From Camelus dromedarius (taxonomy: Eukaryota), in the NCBI RefSeq assembly GCF_036321535.1, contig NC_087436.1, positions 88,476,001-88,540,000 of the forward strand: 64,000 nucleotides of DNA, written 5' to 3'. This document shows, piece by piece, positions 12,042 through 23,626 of this stretch; the stretch's first letter is position 1, and each line of letters opens with the position of its first letter. A program made the translations under genes and the position numbers. A model generated the notes under the pieces. It was not told the origin of the DNA. It did no database searches and worked only from the letters and a program-made list of their open reading frames with translations.

Positions 12042-12909
12042 GCTAGACATCCAATTTAAAAACAGTGAAAATGTGAAGAAAGCTGAAACCCAGCTCTCTG
12101 GGGTCAGGGGATGGTGCAAAGAAAAGCAAGCCCACTCATCACAGTGCCCTGGAAAGACTCAGAAGCTGGAAGCCCAGTTTGCAATCATGCAGTGATGGGT
12201 AGGACTGGAAGTGTCAGGACTGGTTCAGAACCACAATGAAGGACAGATACCTAGAGTCCTACCTTCACTTGGAAGAGCGAGGCAGCTGCCTTTCTCCCCC
12301 TGGGTTTATTCTCCGGAGAAACCAAGTGAGAATTTTCTGTGGACAGAGGAGAGCAAGTGGGGAGCTCCTTGTTGAAGTCAAGGGGGTTAAGTGCACACTG
12401 AACAGTGAGACACCCATGCCTCCCCTCTCTGGTGAGGGTCACTTTGTGAAACGTGATTGGCTGTGTCTCCCACATAATGGTTCCTCTGAGAACAGACCCA
12501 GCCCAGCGTAACTGTTTAGAGGACAGGGACCAGGGAGGAGAGCTGGGGATCCAGAAAGCTCACCACCTTTCTACCCTGCTCCCCCCATCATCACCTGACT
12601 TCTCTGTCTTTTCCTCCCAATTTATGAAGTAAAGAGAAAGTAAGTAATTTATATGAGTGGTTCTTAAGTCTTCATGTGCCTTCAGGGGGCTTGGGGTACT
12701 GTTAAAATGTAGTTTTCTGGACTCATCTCCATAAGGTGAGCTGGGGCTGAGGTCAGGACCCCTTGATCACACTGCCTTTCTCAGGCCTCTGCTTTCAGAG
12801 CCTCCTCTTACTCCTTATTGTGTTTGAGTACCACACCAGCCTCTCCAAGTTAATATCTTCTGTCATTTCTCTTACAATTAATTTGAGGATACGGAGGATG
12901 GCAGCATAG

Positions 12910-13387
12910 GCCATCCTGCCTCTGAGATGCCCAGTGATGTCCCCCACTTGCTGTTCACACCCCTGTGCATCCTTCTCCGTGAGCATAAATGAATATGATA
13001 CAAGGAGGGATGGAGTGTTACCTGGAGATTAGGTTACAAAGGACTGTGGCTTCTGTCTCCATGCCCTCGGGCTCTCTGTCTCCTGGATAACCAGCTGCCA
13101 GGCCTGCAACATTCTCGGGTGGCCTGTGGAGAATCCCCATCACGAGGAACCACGCCCGGCACCAAGGCCAGCGACAGCCGTATTTGTGAACTTGGCCCTG
13201 GGTTCTCCTGCTCAGTCCAGCTGAGCTCGACAGCAATTTCATGAGCTTTGTGAACTTCTCAGCCTGATTCAGAGGCGCCCAGCTAGGCTGTGCCTGGACT
13301 CCAGACCCACAGAAACTGTGAGATAATAAATGTTTTATGCCTCTACGTTTGGAGCTAATTTGTTTCCAACAGTAGATTACTAATTCA
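12910..13387 (+). mobile_element. MLT1 (MaLR) LTR, MLT1F-like
   Basis: gagattaggttacaaaggactgtggcttc and terminal gacccacagaaactgtgagataataaatg...tagattactaa. Confidence 0.75.
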
Positions 13388-15435
13388 GCAGCAACAGCGG
13401 GCAAAGCCACAGACCAAAACCAGACTTGGCCACTTTTACTGCCATGTGGCCTCAGGCTAGAGTTGGTCCCCTTTCTCAAAAATAGGCTCAGTGTTAATAT
13501 GGACACTAATATATGTCTTTTGTTCCTAAATCACTTCACTTTTATCCCCCTAAAATCAACTCCAGATCAACTGCCTAAGATCTGGAGCAGTAATGCTAAC
13601 TACAGCCACCATCTGGAACTGCATCCAGGAGGTTTCCACGCCTCCTTGTGTGACCCGCAGGTGCTCAGCAGATGCCCCTGCTGCACAGGGAAGCCCACTG
13701 CCCCGTGTCTGTCCCCTTTCTGCCCAGAGGATGCCCTGCACCATGCTGGCTGCCAGCAGGTCTGGTGACCAAGCACTCACATCCCAGGTGGGCCAGATGT
13801 CTGGGGTGTGATGTCTGTGAGCCCCTCATGAACCTTGGGCCCACAGACGACGGTCTTCTAGCAAACACTTCTCTGAGACCTGGGGGCAGAGGAGTTGTGT
13901 GCAAGATGCCTGCAAAGTCTGCCTCACACCAGCTCATGACTGGATGGGGAAGGAATAAAATCCTGCATAGAGCAAATAAGGATGATGGTGGAATGTCTGG
14001 TGCCTGGGCTTTGCCCGGCTGAAGCTGTGAACACACCAGCCGTCAGTCTTCAGGGAGACTCTGCCTTTCCTATCAGCACCTTTACTCCCAGGACACTACC
14101 TCCCCGGGTGCCCAGTGCCCCGTCCAGCTCCCCGGGCTTCCAGAGTCTCCTGGCCCCTTCCCCACACACAGCACCCTTCTCCTCCACCCAGATTTACCAG
14201 TTACTGTCCCACGAGCTGGCTGGCTGTTTCTGTCAGGAACAAATAAATCTCCTCATGTAGTTGTTCTGCTTACTTGGAGGTTTCACAGACAGGGTAATGT
14301 CAAGAAACAGTTTTGGATCTAACCTAGGGTTGCTAATTTACTTTGTCAATACATTCAAGAACAATAACATCTCTGGTGACTATCATTTCTTAGAAGAACG
14401 GACATTTTACTATTGAAGGGAAACAGTGGTCTTTTAGCAGTTCTGATGAAAGGAGCGTCCTTTTAATACCAAAGGAGGCACACGCACAAAACAAGGATAA
14501 TTTAATGCTACAAATACACAGAGAGCATAAGCTTAGAATAAAGGATAACTCTAAACTGAATAAATAGTTCTGTGAAAAACTCACTGTCCGTCCGTCAGTC
14601 CTTCCTCTCACTCACTCTCTTTCCTCCCGCTGTCCCTCCCCCTCTCTCCCTCCCTCTCTATTTCCTTTTCTTTATTTCCCTCATTGGTGTGGATTCTTGG
14701 TTTGGTGTACGGTAAACCTTTTCTGGTGCCTGCTCAGAAGTAGAAATCCAGGCTAAAAAAAAGCTAGCTTGTGTCACACCCCCCAGATGACATGGGTTAA
14801 GTCCATTAAAATGTATCTGCCATCAAAAGTCCCTTAAATAGATCTAGTGGTGGAAATTATTATAGTCGTGAGGAGGTTTGGCCTTTAGTAGATTTCCGGG
14901 AAGGAAAAAAAGGGGGGGGGCGCATCTTGTAGTGAACTCAGAGATCAGCTCTAATCGCCCAGGGCCATTTTTCCAAAGCCACAGGTTTTCTAGAGGTTTC
15001 CGACCCCTGAGCCCTTAAGCTGTGGCTGCAGCTGCACCAGAATTCCTTGCCCTAAAACCACAGCCTGGATCGTGTGGGTTGGGCGACAAGCCTGGTGTTT
15101 GGCTAAAGGCAGTTCTTAAAATGAGCCAGTTTTCAAATAAAAATCACCGGCCATCTGCCTGTCATTACGACCAAATTCAGGAGGAACGAATTTCACTTGC
15201 AGCACTGACTCAAAACGAAACTCTACCATCGGAAACGTCAGGGGATGAACGCGAGGTTACGCCAATATAAACCTGAAAACATTAGAAACGGAGGGAACGC
15301 CACCAGCTTGGCTCCCCCGACACCGGTGGTCCCACAGCGCTGGGTCTGTCGGTTATCGGTTATCGGTTATCGGCTGGGCTGAGTGCCGCCAGGGGAGCCG
15401 GTCCGAGAAGTGGAGCGTCCCCATCCTCTCCCTTC

Positions 15436-15453
15436 CGGCGCCCCCTGGTGGAC
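15436..15453 (-). promoter_or_regulatory. CTCF motif (reverse orientation)
   Basis: Reverse complement of 15438-15451 is CCACCAGGGGGCGC, the CTCF core consensus; lies in a CpG-rich patch. Confidence 0.7.
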
Positions 15454-16596
15454 ACCCGTTCCCAAGCCGCACAAGCCCGGAGGTGGAAGGAATGCTCTTA
15501 GGAGCCTTGCAGAGATGGGAGCAGGGGGAGCAAGGCTTCCCAGGAAAGACCGCAAATACCAAATAAAATAAGAGGTTCGACTCTCTTACCCAGACGTGCC
15601 AGTTTCTAAAGGTCACAGAGATTACGCCGGGATGCAATGCCCTTTTCCTGGTTTGCTGGTACACGATATGTAATTAAAGATATTTGCTGGGGAGTAAGAA
15701 GCAGATGAAAAGAACAGCACAGATGTAAGCCTGGGAGCGGAAGCTCCAGCTCCTTCCTGCGATCATCGTCAACCCCGAGTATAACCTTCCAGCTGGTAAA
15801 TAGTCATTGCCCATCTCTGGGGCATTTTGGATTTTCTCTGACAAAGGCCAAATATGCATGAATTTATGCCTAAATTGGGAATTTTTCCAAAGGTGCCAAA
15901 GAGCTTTCTCGCTGCAGGTTAATGAGCTAAACAGTTGAAAGAATGGCTTCGGTAATGGCATGTGGAAATGACTCTTCATTTACCGCTCACCCAGAAGACC
16001 CTTGATGATGTAAATAGAAAATGACCCTGAATCGAGTAATCACTGATACCTGCCTTGTCGTGAATCAGTGCTTCAGTCTGTAAATAAAGATGCCTGGTGA
16101 CTTGGAGAGCCACACCAAAGCGGGGAGCACTGGAAGACAAACTGCCACAGTTTGTCTTTTGCTTGCTCAGCACTTACTTAGTGGGCAGTAGCTACTTCCC
16201 AGCAGTTGTCCTGGGCAGAAGAGGAGCCGTAAACGAAGCAGAAGTCCGCCCTCCTGCGCACCGCTATTCTTGGTCTTCGGGGAGACAGAACAAAACCTTA
16301 TCATACTCTCATGTCAGAGTGGCTCTGTCCCTGTTTGAAGGCAATTGCCTTTGCTATTGAATCAGGACAAATAAGTGTTTTTGAAAAAGCTTCCTCCTAA
16401 AATTCTAGGCTGCAGCAGAGAGCAAAAGTAACTGAGAGATTGTTGTTGGGTTTATAAGCCACTCTGCTGGTGTTGTAGTCATGTGTTCTAAGTTCATTGA
16501 ACAGGGCAAGGCCTTTTCCTAGTCCTCAGGTATCATTCGTGCTAACAAATGCCAGCAATTTGTCTTTGAAAGTTCTATGCATTTAAATTTAAGGTA

Positions 16597-16960
16597 TAAT
16601 GATGATTAATTTTATGGGTCAACTTGGTTGGACCACGATGCCCAGGTATTTGGTTAAACATTATTCTGGATGTTTCTGTGAAGATATTTTTGGAGTGCAA
16701 TTAACATTTAAATCAGTGGATTTTGAGTAAAGCAGATTACTTTGCATAATGTGGGCGGGCCTCATCCAATCTGTTGAAGGCCCTACTAGAACAAAGACTG
16801 ACCTCTAAGCATGAAAAAATTCCACCAGCAAACTTCCTTTGAACTCAAACTGCAGCTCTTTCTGGAGTCTCCAGCCTGTCAGCTCACCCCATCAGATTTT
16901 GGACTCACCAGCCCTCACAATGGTGTGAACCAATTCCTTAAATCAATTTCTCTCTCTTTC
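16597..16960 (+). mobile_element. MLT2 (ERV-L) LTR
   Basis: gattaattttatgggtcaacttg...tggttaaacattattctgg...gagtaaagcagattac...ggcctcatccaatctgttgaaggcc. Confidence 0.8.
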
Positions 16961-17439
16961 ATCACCATGACAAATACAGGTGTCATGCTTACACACATGA
17001 AAATGCCTTTAAAAGAAGTACTGTAGTAGGTGTTTCCTGTTACATCAGTTTACTATCATATCATTTACACCTTACTAAAAAGCTTCAGAGCCTCTTGGGA
17101 GAGCTGTGTTGATAGTGGGGAGGGAGCCCATCAGAGTCCTGAATGGAGTGAACAGGGCAGAGAATGGGCTCAGAACAGGGGAGCTGGGAGCTGAAGGGCA
17201 GCCCAAGGCTTCCTTGGCCTTCTTCCCATTTTGTCTTCAGAGACAGAACCACATCTGCTTCTATCTGTTTGCCTTAGATCTGCCTGCGAACACCCAGAAC
17301 AGACTTGCTGAGTGAGGGAAAGGCTAGAGACTCAATGAGCAGCCGCTGGGTTGTAGGCACCTCACTCTGCTCTCTTCTGTCACCTCATCCACAAGGCTGG
17401 TCTCATTATGTTCATGGACTCAGCCAAGCTCTCCAGGCT

Positions 17440-17620
17440 TACATTCTGGCTCAGCTGCCTTTTTAGTTATGTGGCTTTGGACAAATTACTGAACCTCTCT
17501 TTTACTCAGTTTCTTCATCTGTAAAGTGGGGATAAGAACAGGACTTATTTCAATGTGTAGGGAGGGAGGGAGTTAGTAAAGATCTTGCTGTAGTGCCTGC
17601 AGATGGTAGAAGCTTTGTTG
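17440..17620 (+). mobile_element. MIR SINE fragment
   Basis: MIR core ctcagtttcttcatctgtaaagtggggataa. Similar fragments near 19570-19740, 26170-26460, 28010-28220, 34190-34330, 47320-47480, 54360-54620 and 59990-60140. Confidence 0.7.
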
Positions 17621-18248
17621 GTAGGAGTGGGGACGTGCTTTTCCTAGTAGGTGGGTTTTATTTCCAACATTTTCCAGTTGAGGCTCCTGAGTAATTGCCC
17701 CAAATCATACTGTTGCTACAAGAAAGCGAAGCCATGATTTGACTTCAGGGTACCCTGACCCTAAAGCCTGCTCAACCCTATATGCTGTCCTAATACAGAA
17801 AAAAAGCCACAAACACCAGGTTTTAACCATTTCATTTAGCATCTCATGGATTGATGCTTGATTTTGAATAATCTGCTGCTGCTCCTCTTCTTCTCCTCCT
17901 CTTCCTCCTCCTCCTTTTTTACTACATCTGGAACAAAAGTTTAGACTCATGACCTACCACAAGCTCTGGAAACTGTCTTCTTCAACTTTGCTGTTACACT
18001 TAGTCAAAAGGTCTTGGTCAACCTAGCTTTCCCTGCGGCCATCATTGAGCTGTGAGGTATCGTGTGGTGGAAGGAGTTACTGAAAAGTAGAGCCAAGGTG
18101 TAACGTGATGGTGTGGATATCGGGGAGGAGTTGTTAATTGCTGTCTGTTGAGTTCTTGCTGTGTACCAGATGCCAAGGCTGGATGCTATGGACAAGACAA
18201 AAAAGTATAAGACTCAGACTGTGAAATTGAAGAGCTTACGGTCTAGCT

Positions 18249-18483
18249 CAGTGGTTCTTGATTTTTGCACTCAGGGGACATCTGACAATGCCTGGAAACA
18301 TTTTGGTTTTCACACCTAGGGAGGGAGGGGAGGGTATAGAGTGGGGACGGGGCTGTTGCTGTTAGCACCTAGTGCATAGAGGCCAAGGATGCTGCTAAAC
18401 ATCCTACAATACACAGGGCAGCACCCCACAATAAAGAATTCGTCATTCTAAAGTGTCAACAGTGGTGAGACTGAGAATCCCTG
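18249..18483 (+). mobile_element. MER20 DNA transposon
   Basis: cagtggttct ... gaggccaaggatgctgctaaacatcctacaatacacagggcagc ... tgagaatccctg. Confidence 0.85.
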
Positions 18484-18799
18484 TGAGAGTAGAAGGCGAC
18501 ACCAAGACACGTAAGTCACCATCTAAGATGGTACCTGATTAGGAGCCACAGGACAAGACAGATCACATGTGCTTTGGGAGCCCAAAGGAAGAGTCGGTGG
18601 GAGTGAATTGCTATGGAAGCCTTTTTCCGGCCAGAGGCAGAATTTGGCAAGATGTCTGTGAGAACAGAGAACAGAAGAATAGAAGCTGGTGTAATAGGAA
18701 TCGGTGATCACTATGTCAGGGTGTGGTTGGCCAGATCGTGGAAGGCATTGGAAATAAGGAAAGATATCATCTTGATGCCATATGCAATGGAGAGTATTT

Positions 18800-19040
18800 T
18801 ATTTTATTTACTGAATTTTATTTTTTATTGAGGTCTATTGACATACAACATTGTATCAGCTCCAGCTGTGCAACATAATGATTTGGTATGTGTATACATT
18901 GCAAAATGAGCACCACAATAAGTCTAGTTAACATCAGTCACTGTGCATAGTTATAATGTGACTATGTGTGTGATGAGAAATTTTTAAGATTCCTCTCTTA
19001 GCAATTTTGCAATACAGTTTTATCAGCTATAGTCACCAGA
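18800..19040 (-). mobile_element. L1 3' end fragment
   Basis: ttttattgaggtctattgacatacaacattg...aagtctagttaacatc; same family as 30010-30720. Confidence 0.7.
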
Positions 19041-19136
19041 GAAGATGGTGAAGATGTAGAGCATTTGGCTGAGACAGACTTTTAGGGAAATGAGGATATA
19101 GAATGGATTGAGGGAGAGAGTGCTCAGAGGCAGGAA

Positions 19137-19515
19137 TTTTTTTTTAATTTAATTTTTTATTGAAGTGTAGTTGATTTACAAAGTTAGTTTCAGGTGTACA
19201 GCAAAGTGATTCAGTTATACATATACATACATATATATTTTTTCAGATTCTTTTCCATTATATGTTATTATAAGAAATTGAATACAGTTCCCTGTGCTAT
19301 ATAGTAGGCCCTTGTTGTTTATCTATTTCATATATAGTAATGTGTATCTGTTAATCCCAGACTCCTATTTTATCCCTCCCCCGCCTTTTCCCTTTGATAA
19401 CCATAGTTTGTTTTCTGTGTCCATGAGTCTATTTTATTTTGTAAATAGAACTTGTATGATTTTTTTTTTTACATTCCACATATAAGTGATATCATGTGAT
19501 ATTTGTCTTTCTCTG
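19137..19515 (-). mobile_element. 5'-truncated L1
   Basis: Poly-T then L1 3' UTR; flanked by tcagaggcagg(g)aa on both sides. Confidence 0.8.
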
Positions 19516-20111
19516 TCAGAGGCAGGGAACTTGGCCTGTTCATCCAGTCACTGAACAACACCAGGTCCTCAGGGGTTAACCACAGAGACTCTGGGGTCAG
19601 ATGGCCTGGGTTCCAATCCTGGGTCTCCATTTATAAGTCCCTGATTCTCAGCAATGATGGTCTTCTCTGCTCAGATTCCTCATCTGTAAAGTTGCTTCTA
19701 CTTCATGGGGTCGTTGTGAGGATTAAATGAATAAATGCAGAAATACAGGCGTGGGCTGTTGAAGTCTTGGACTAGGTTGGAAGACAAGAAGTAAAAAGCC
19801 AAACAATTTGAACAGATTAATGGTGAACTGGTTGTAAAGGATGAGGCTCAGGGAGAAGCCAGGGTTACTCTGGTGGACTCACACAGACATAGGAAAACTG
19901 GAAAGGGGAACCGATAGGCTAGTTTTCCTATTGGGGCTAGCGAGGAAGACGATAATTTTGATTGACTAAAAGTTGAGACAGTTGGCTGAATTAGAGAAAT
20001 AAAAAGCCTTTTACATCTATCACTAAAAATCATGTACGTATAAAAGTTTTCAATCCTAGAATAGCTACCTAACTATCTAATCACAGACCTACTTGATTTT
20101 CTGAGGTTTTC

Positions 20112-20542
20112 CGTTATTTATTTATTTATTTATTTATTTTAACATTTTAATTGATTTATAATCATTTTACAATGTTGTGTCAAATTCCAGTGTAGAGCAC
20201 AATTTTTCAGTTATACATGAACATATATATATTCATTGTCACATTCTCTTTTGCTGTGAGCTACCACAAGATCCTGTATATATTTCCCTGTGCTACACAG
20301 TACAATCTTGTTTATCTATTCTACATTTTGAAATCCTAGTCCCTTCCCACCCCCCACCCCCTTGGCAACCACAAGTTTGTATTCTATGTCTATGAGTCTG
20401 TTTCTGTTTTGTATTTTTGGTTTTTGGATTTTTTTTATTTTTTATTTTTTTCAGATTCCACATATGAGCGATCTCATATGGTATTTTTCTTTCTCTTTCT
20501 GGCTTACTTCACTTAGAATAACATTCTCTAGTAACATCCATG
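20112..20542 (-). mobile_element. Young 5'-truncated L1 with 15-bp TSD
   Basis: TSD ttttctgaggttttc at 20097-20111 and 20543-20557; (ttta)n tail; closely similar to copies at about 37000 and 63230. Confidence 0.88.
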
Positions 20543-21179
20543 TTTTCTGAGGTTTTCTGTTTTTAAAATCTACGAATTTTAGTTTTGAAATGTTTCAAGT
20601 ATACAGAAAAATACAGAGAATACTATAACATGCCAGCAGTTATTCAAGGAGTAAAGTGGCCGTTATAGACACTTAGCTTTGGTGATATTAAATGGTTTTA
20701 GTTTATAGTAAAACATGGCCATAAATGGTCATAGCCCACCTTGCTGGATCACCTTAGGAAGGTTTCTAGGCTGAGTACAGAGTTTACTCTGCTTTAGCCT
20801 GTGGCCAAATTGTTCTCTATCTTCACTACTTAATAAGACTCCCTTCTACAAACACAGTTAAGTTCTTATCTTCCCTTATTTCAAGGACTTTCATTGTCGA
20901 ATCTTACATCCCTACTCTTTTTTTTTTTAATTTAACTATAGTCAGTTTATAATGTTATGTCAATTTCTGGTGCACCAGCATGTTTCAGTCATGCACATAC
21001 ATACATAGATTCCTTTTCATATGCTTTTTCCTATATCCCCACTCTTATTGTTCACTGTTTATTGTGTTGTACCTGCTTATTCTGCCCACAGATAGTTTCC
21101 ATGTTCCCAGTAGGACTGAATCGAGACAGGTGGGTGCTTTGAAAAGGTTATAATTTGGTGCTCCTTCAAATCAATTTAT

Positions 21180-22790
21180 TCATATATTCATTCACTCAAC
21201 CAATAGTTGCTGAGTACATATTAGGTGTCAAAAACTATCTTAGCCTCTTGGGAGATACCTGTGAACAAAATAGACAAAGATCCCTGTTTCCATTCTAGTA
21301 GGGGAGACAGACAGTGTAAAAAGAAAGAAAAGATAAATAAATTGCAGAGCATGTTAAAAGGTGAGAAATGCTATTAAAAAAAAGAAGAAAAAGTAGAGCG
21401 AAGTAAGGAATCCTGCAGTTGGGGAGTGGAGTGTAGGTGGCAATAATGATGGGTCAGGGTACTCTTCACTGAGAAGGTGAGATTTGATCAGGCTTGAAGG
21501 AATGGAGAGACTGAGCAAGGCCGACACCTGGGGGATGAGCGGTCCAGGCAGAACGAAAGCAAAGAAGGTTTGGTGAGATCAGCCCTGGCCCAGAGGCACA
21601 ATGGGTCAGTGTGGCTGGTGTGAAATGAGCACAAGCACATTGGAGAGATGGTAAGAGGCACTGGGAGACCAGATCACGGAGGGTTTTATAGACTATTTTG
21701 AGAAAATTGGCTGGAACTCTCCTTGAGATGGAAAGTCTGTGGGTTTTTGAGACAAGGAGTAGCATGATCTGACCTAGGTTTTAGAAGAATTACTCTGGCC
21801 ACTGAGAATAAACCATAGAGTGGCTTAAGTGCAGAGGCAGGAAGAAGTTAGGAGGCTGTTGGTATAATCCAGATGAGATGACGGAGACTTCCACCTTGTA
21901 GTAACAGAAGAGTGGGGAAAAGGAGTTAGATTCTGTGTGTGTGTGTGTGTTTTAAATTGTGGTGAACTATAACTAACATAAAATTCACCATTTTAACCAT
22001 TTGTAAGTATACAGTCCAATGGCATAAAGTACACACACATTCCATACAATCATCACCATTATCCACCTCCGGGACATTTTTGTCATCTCAAGCTGAAACT
22101 CTTGGATATAATTTTAAGGAAGAGTTAGCATGCGCTCCTGATGGATTGGACTGGGATGTGAGGGAAAGAGAGAGGTCAAAGATGACTCTAAGAGTATTGG
22201 CCTGAGCAACTGGAAAAATGGAGTTGCTCTTGACAAGATGGAGAGGAATGGGTAGAGCAAATCTGGGGAGGAAGGAAGAGAAGGAGTTCAGATGTCTTCA
22301 TGCTCGTTTGAGCTGTCCGCTAGACATCCAAGTGGAGAATTTGAGAGTGCGTGTGACATGCAAGTCTGGAAGTCACTGGAGCTGGGCTAGAGGTGAACAT
22401 TTGGGTGTCATCAGCAGATCAGTGGTTTTTAAGACACAGGAAGGAGTGAGATAAGGGAGTGAACGAGACAGAGAAAAGAAATCAGGGGCTTTGGGGCAGT
22501 CTAGCATTAGACCCAGCTTAAGAGGTGAGGGAGGAAGAGAAGAAAGCAGCAAAGGAGACCGAGAAGCAGGAAAACCTGGAGGACATGGTGTCAAATGCTG
22601 CTGAGGGCTCAGGTAGGATGCGGCTCTAGAATTGACCATCGTTTATAGCAGTGCATACGACACACTGGTGACCCTAACAAGGGCAGTTTGGGGAAGTAGG
22701 AGGGACAAAAGCTTGGCTGGAATGGGTTAAGAGAAAGTGGGAGGGGAAGAATTGGAGGCAGCAAGTAAAGACTACTCATTTCTAGATGTT
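21180..22790 (-). mobile_element. L2 LINE remnant, interrupted by an L1 fragment near 21950-22100
   Basis: attcattcactcaaccaatagttgctgagtac is the antisense L2 3' end; purine-rich L2 body follows. Confidence 0.7.
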
Positions 22791-23626
22791 ACTGAAAATG
22801 AGGGGCAAAGCTGATGGAAGAAATAAGATCAAGAGTATTTTGTTTTGTTTTTAATGGGTGAAGTAACAGTTTGTTTATATGGTATTAGGAATGATCCAGT
22901 AGAGAGGAGAAAAAATGGTTATGTAGGAGAAAGTAGGAGTATTTAAAAATTTTTTGAATTTGAATACCTCTACCTGCGGCTTTGACACAGCATTTTTGGC
23001 ACAATCAACACCATACTCTGACCTGCTTCGCTCACTTGTGTAACCTACATTTGCCTTTGCATTTCTTGGCCTGGATAGATGCATATCTGTATGGGGCTCC
23101 AATACAGCACTGGAGTAAACTGGTAAGAATGTAAATTAGACCCACTCCTGCCAAAGTAGACCAAGCCACCAAGTGCTGATGTAACCTCTTTCTGGGGAGT
23201 GTTTTTGGCAGTTTGCTCATGCAGAGGCCACCAGATGAAAACTGACAGTCAGAAGCAGTTGAACAACAAAAACCTAATAATATACAAGGTAGTGAAGATT
23301 TGGGGACTCTAAATAGTCTCCAGAAATCAACTTTGGGTTAGAAAATGGGTAGTTTCTTTGTACAGGCTAGGAAAGAAAGTTATTATATCAAGGGTAGGTG
23401 ATGAAACAGCAGTGGGAGCAGAGATTAATCTTTGCCTGGGCTTGAACCGGAATTGTATCTCCAGGATAGAAATGAGATGTGTACCACTGGACCAGCAACA
23501 TGTCTGTAGCCCAAAGACTGAGCAATGGCCATGTCCAAATCAGAGAAAGGCAAATAACTAATGCATGAATCTAGGTTTTGAAGGTTACTTCTGTGAAAGG
23601 AAAGGGGACCAATATATATTGATTGC

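Noticed and set aside
13018..14260. Cluster of overlapping ORFs (up to 162 aa)
   Set aside because: Partly MLT1 LTR and partly GC-richer intron with few stops; no protein similarity recognised.
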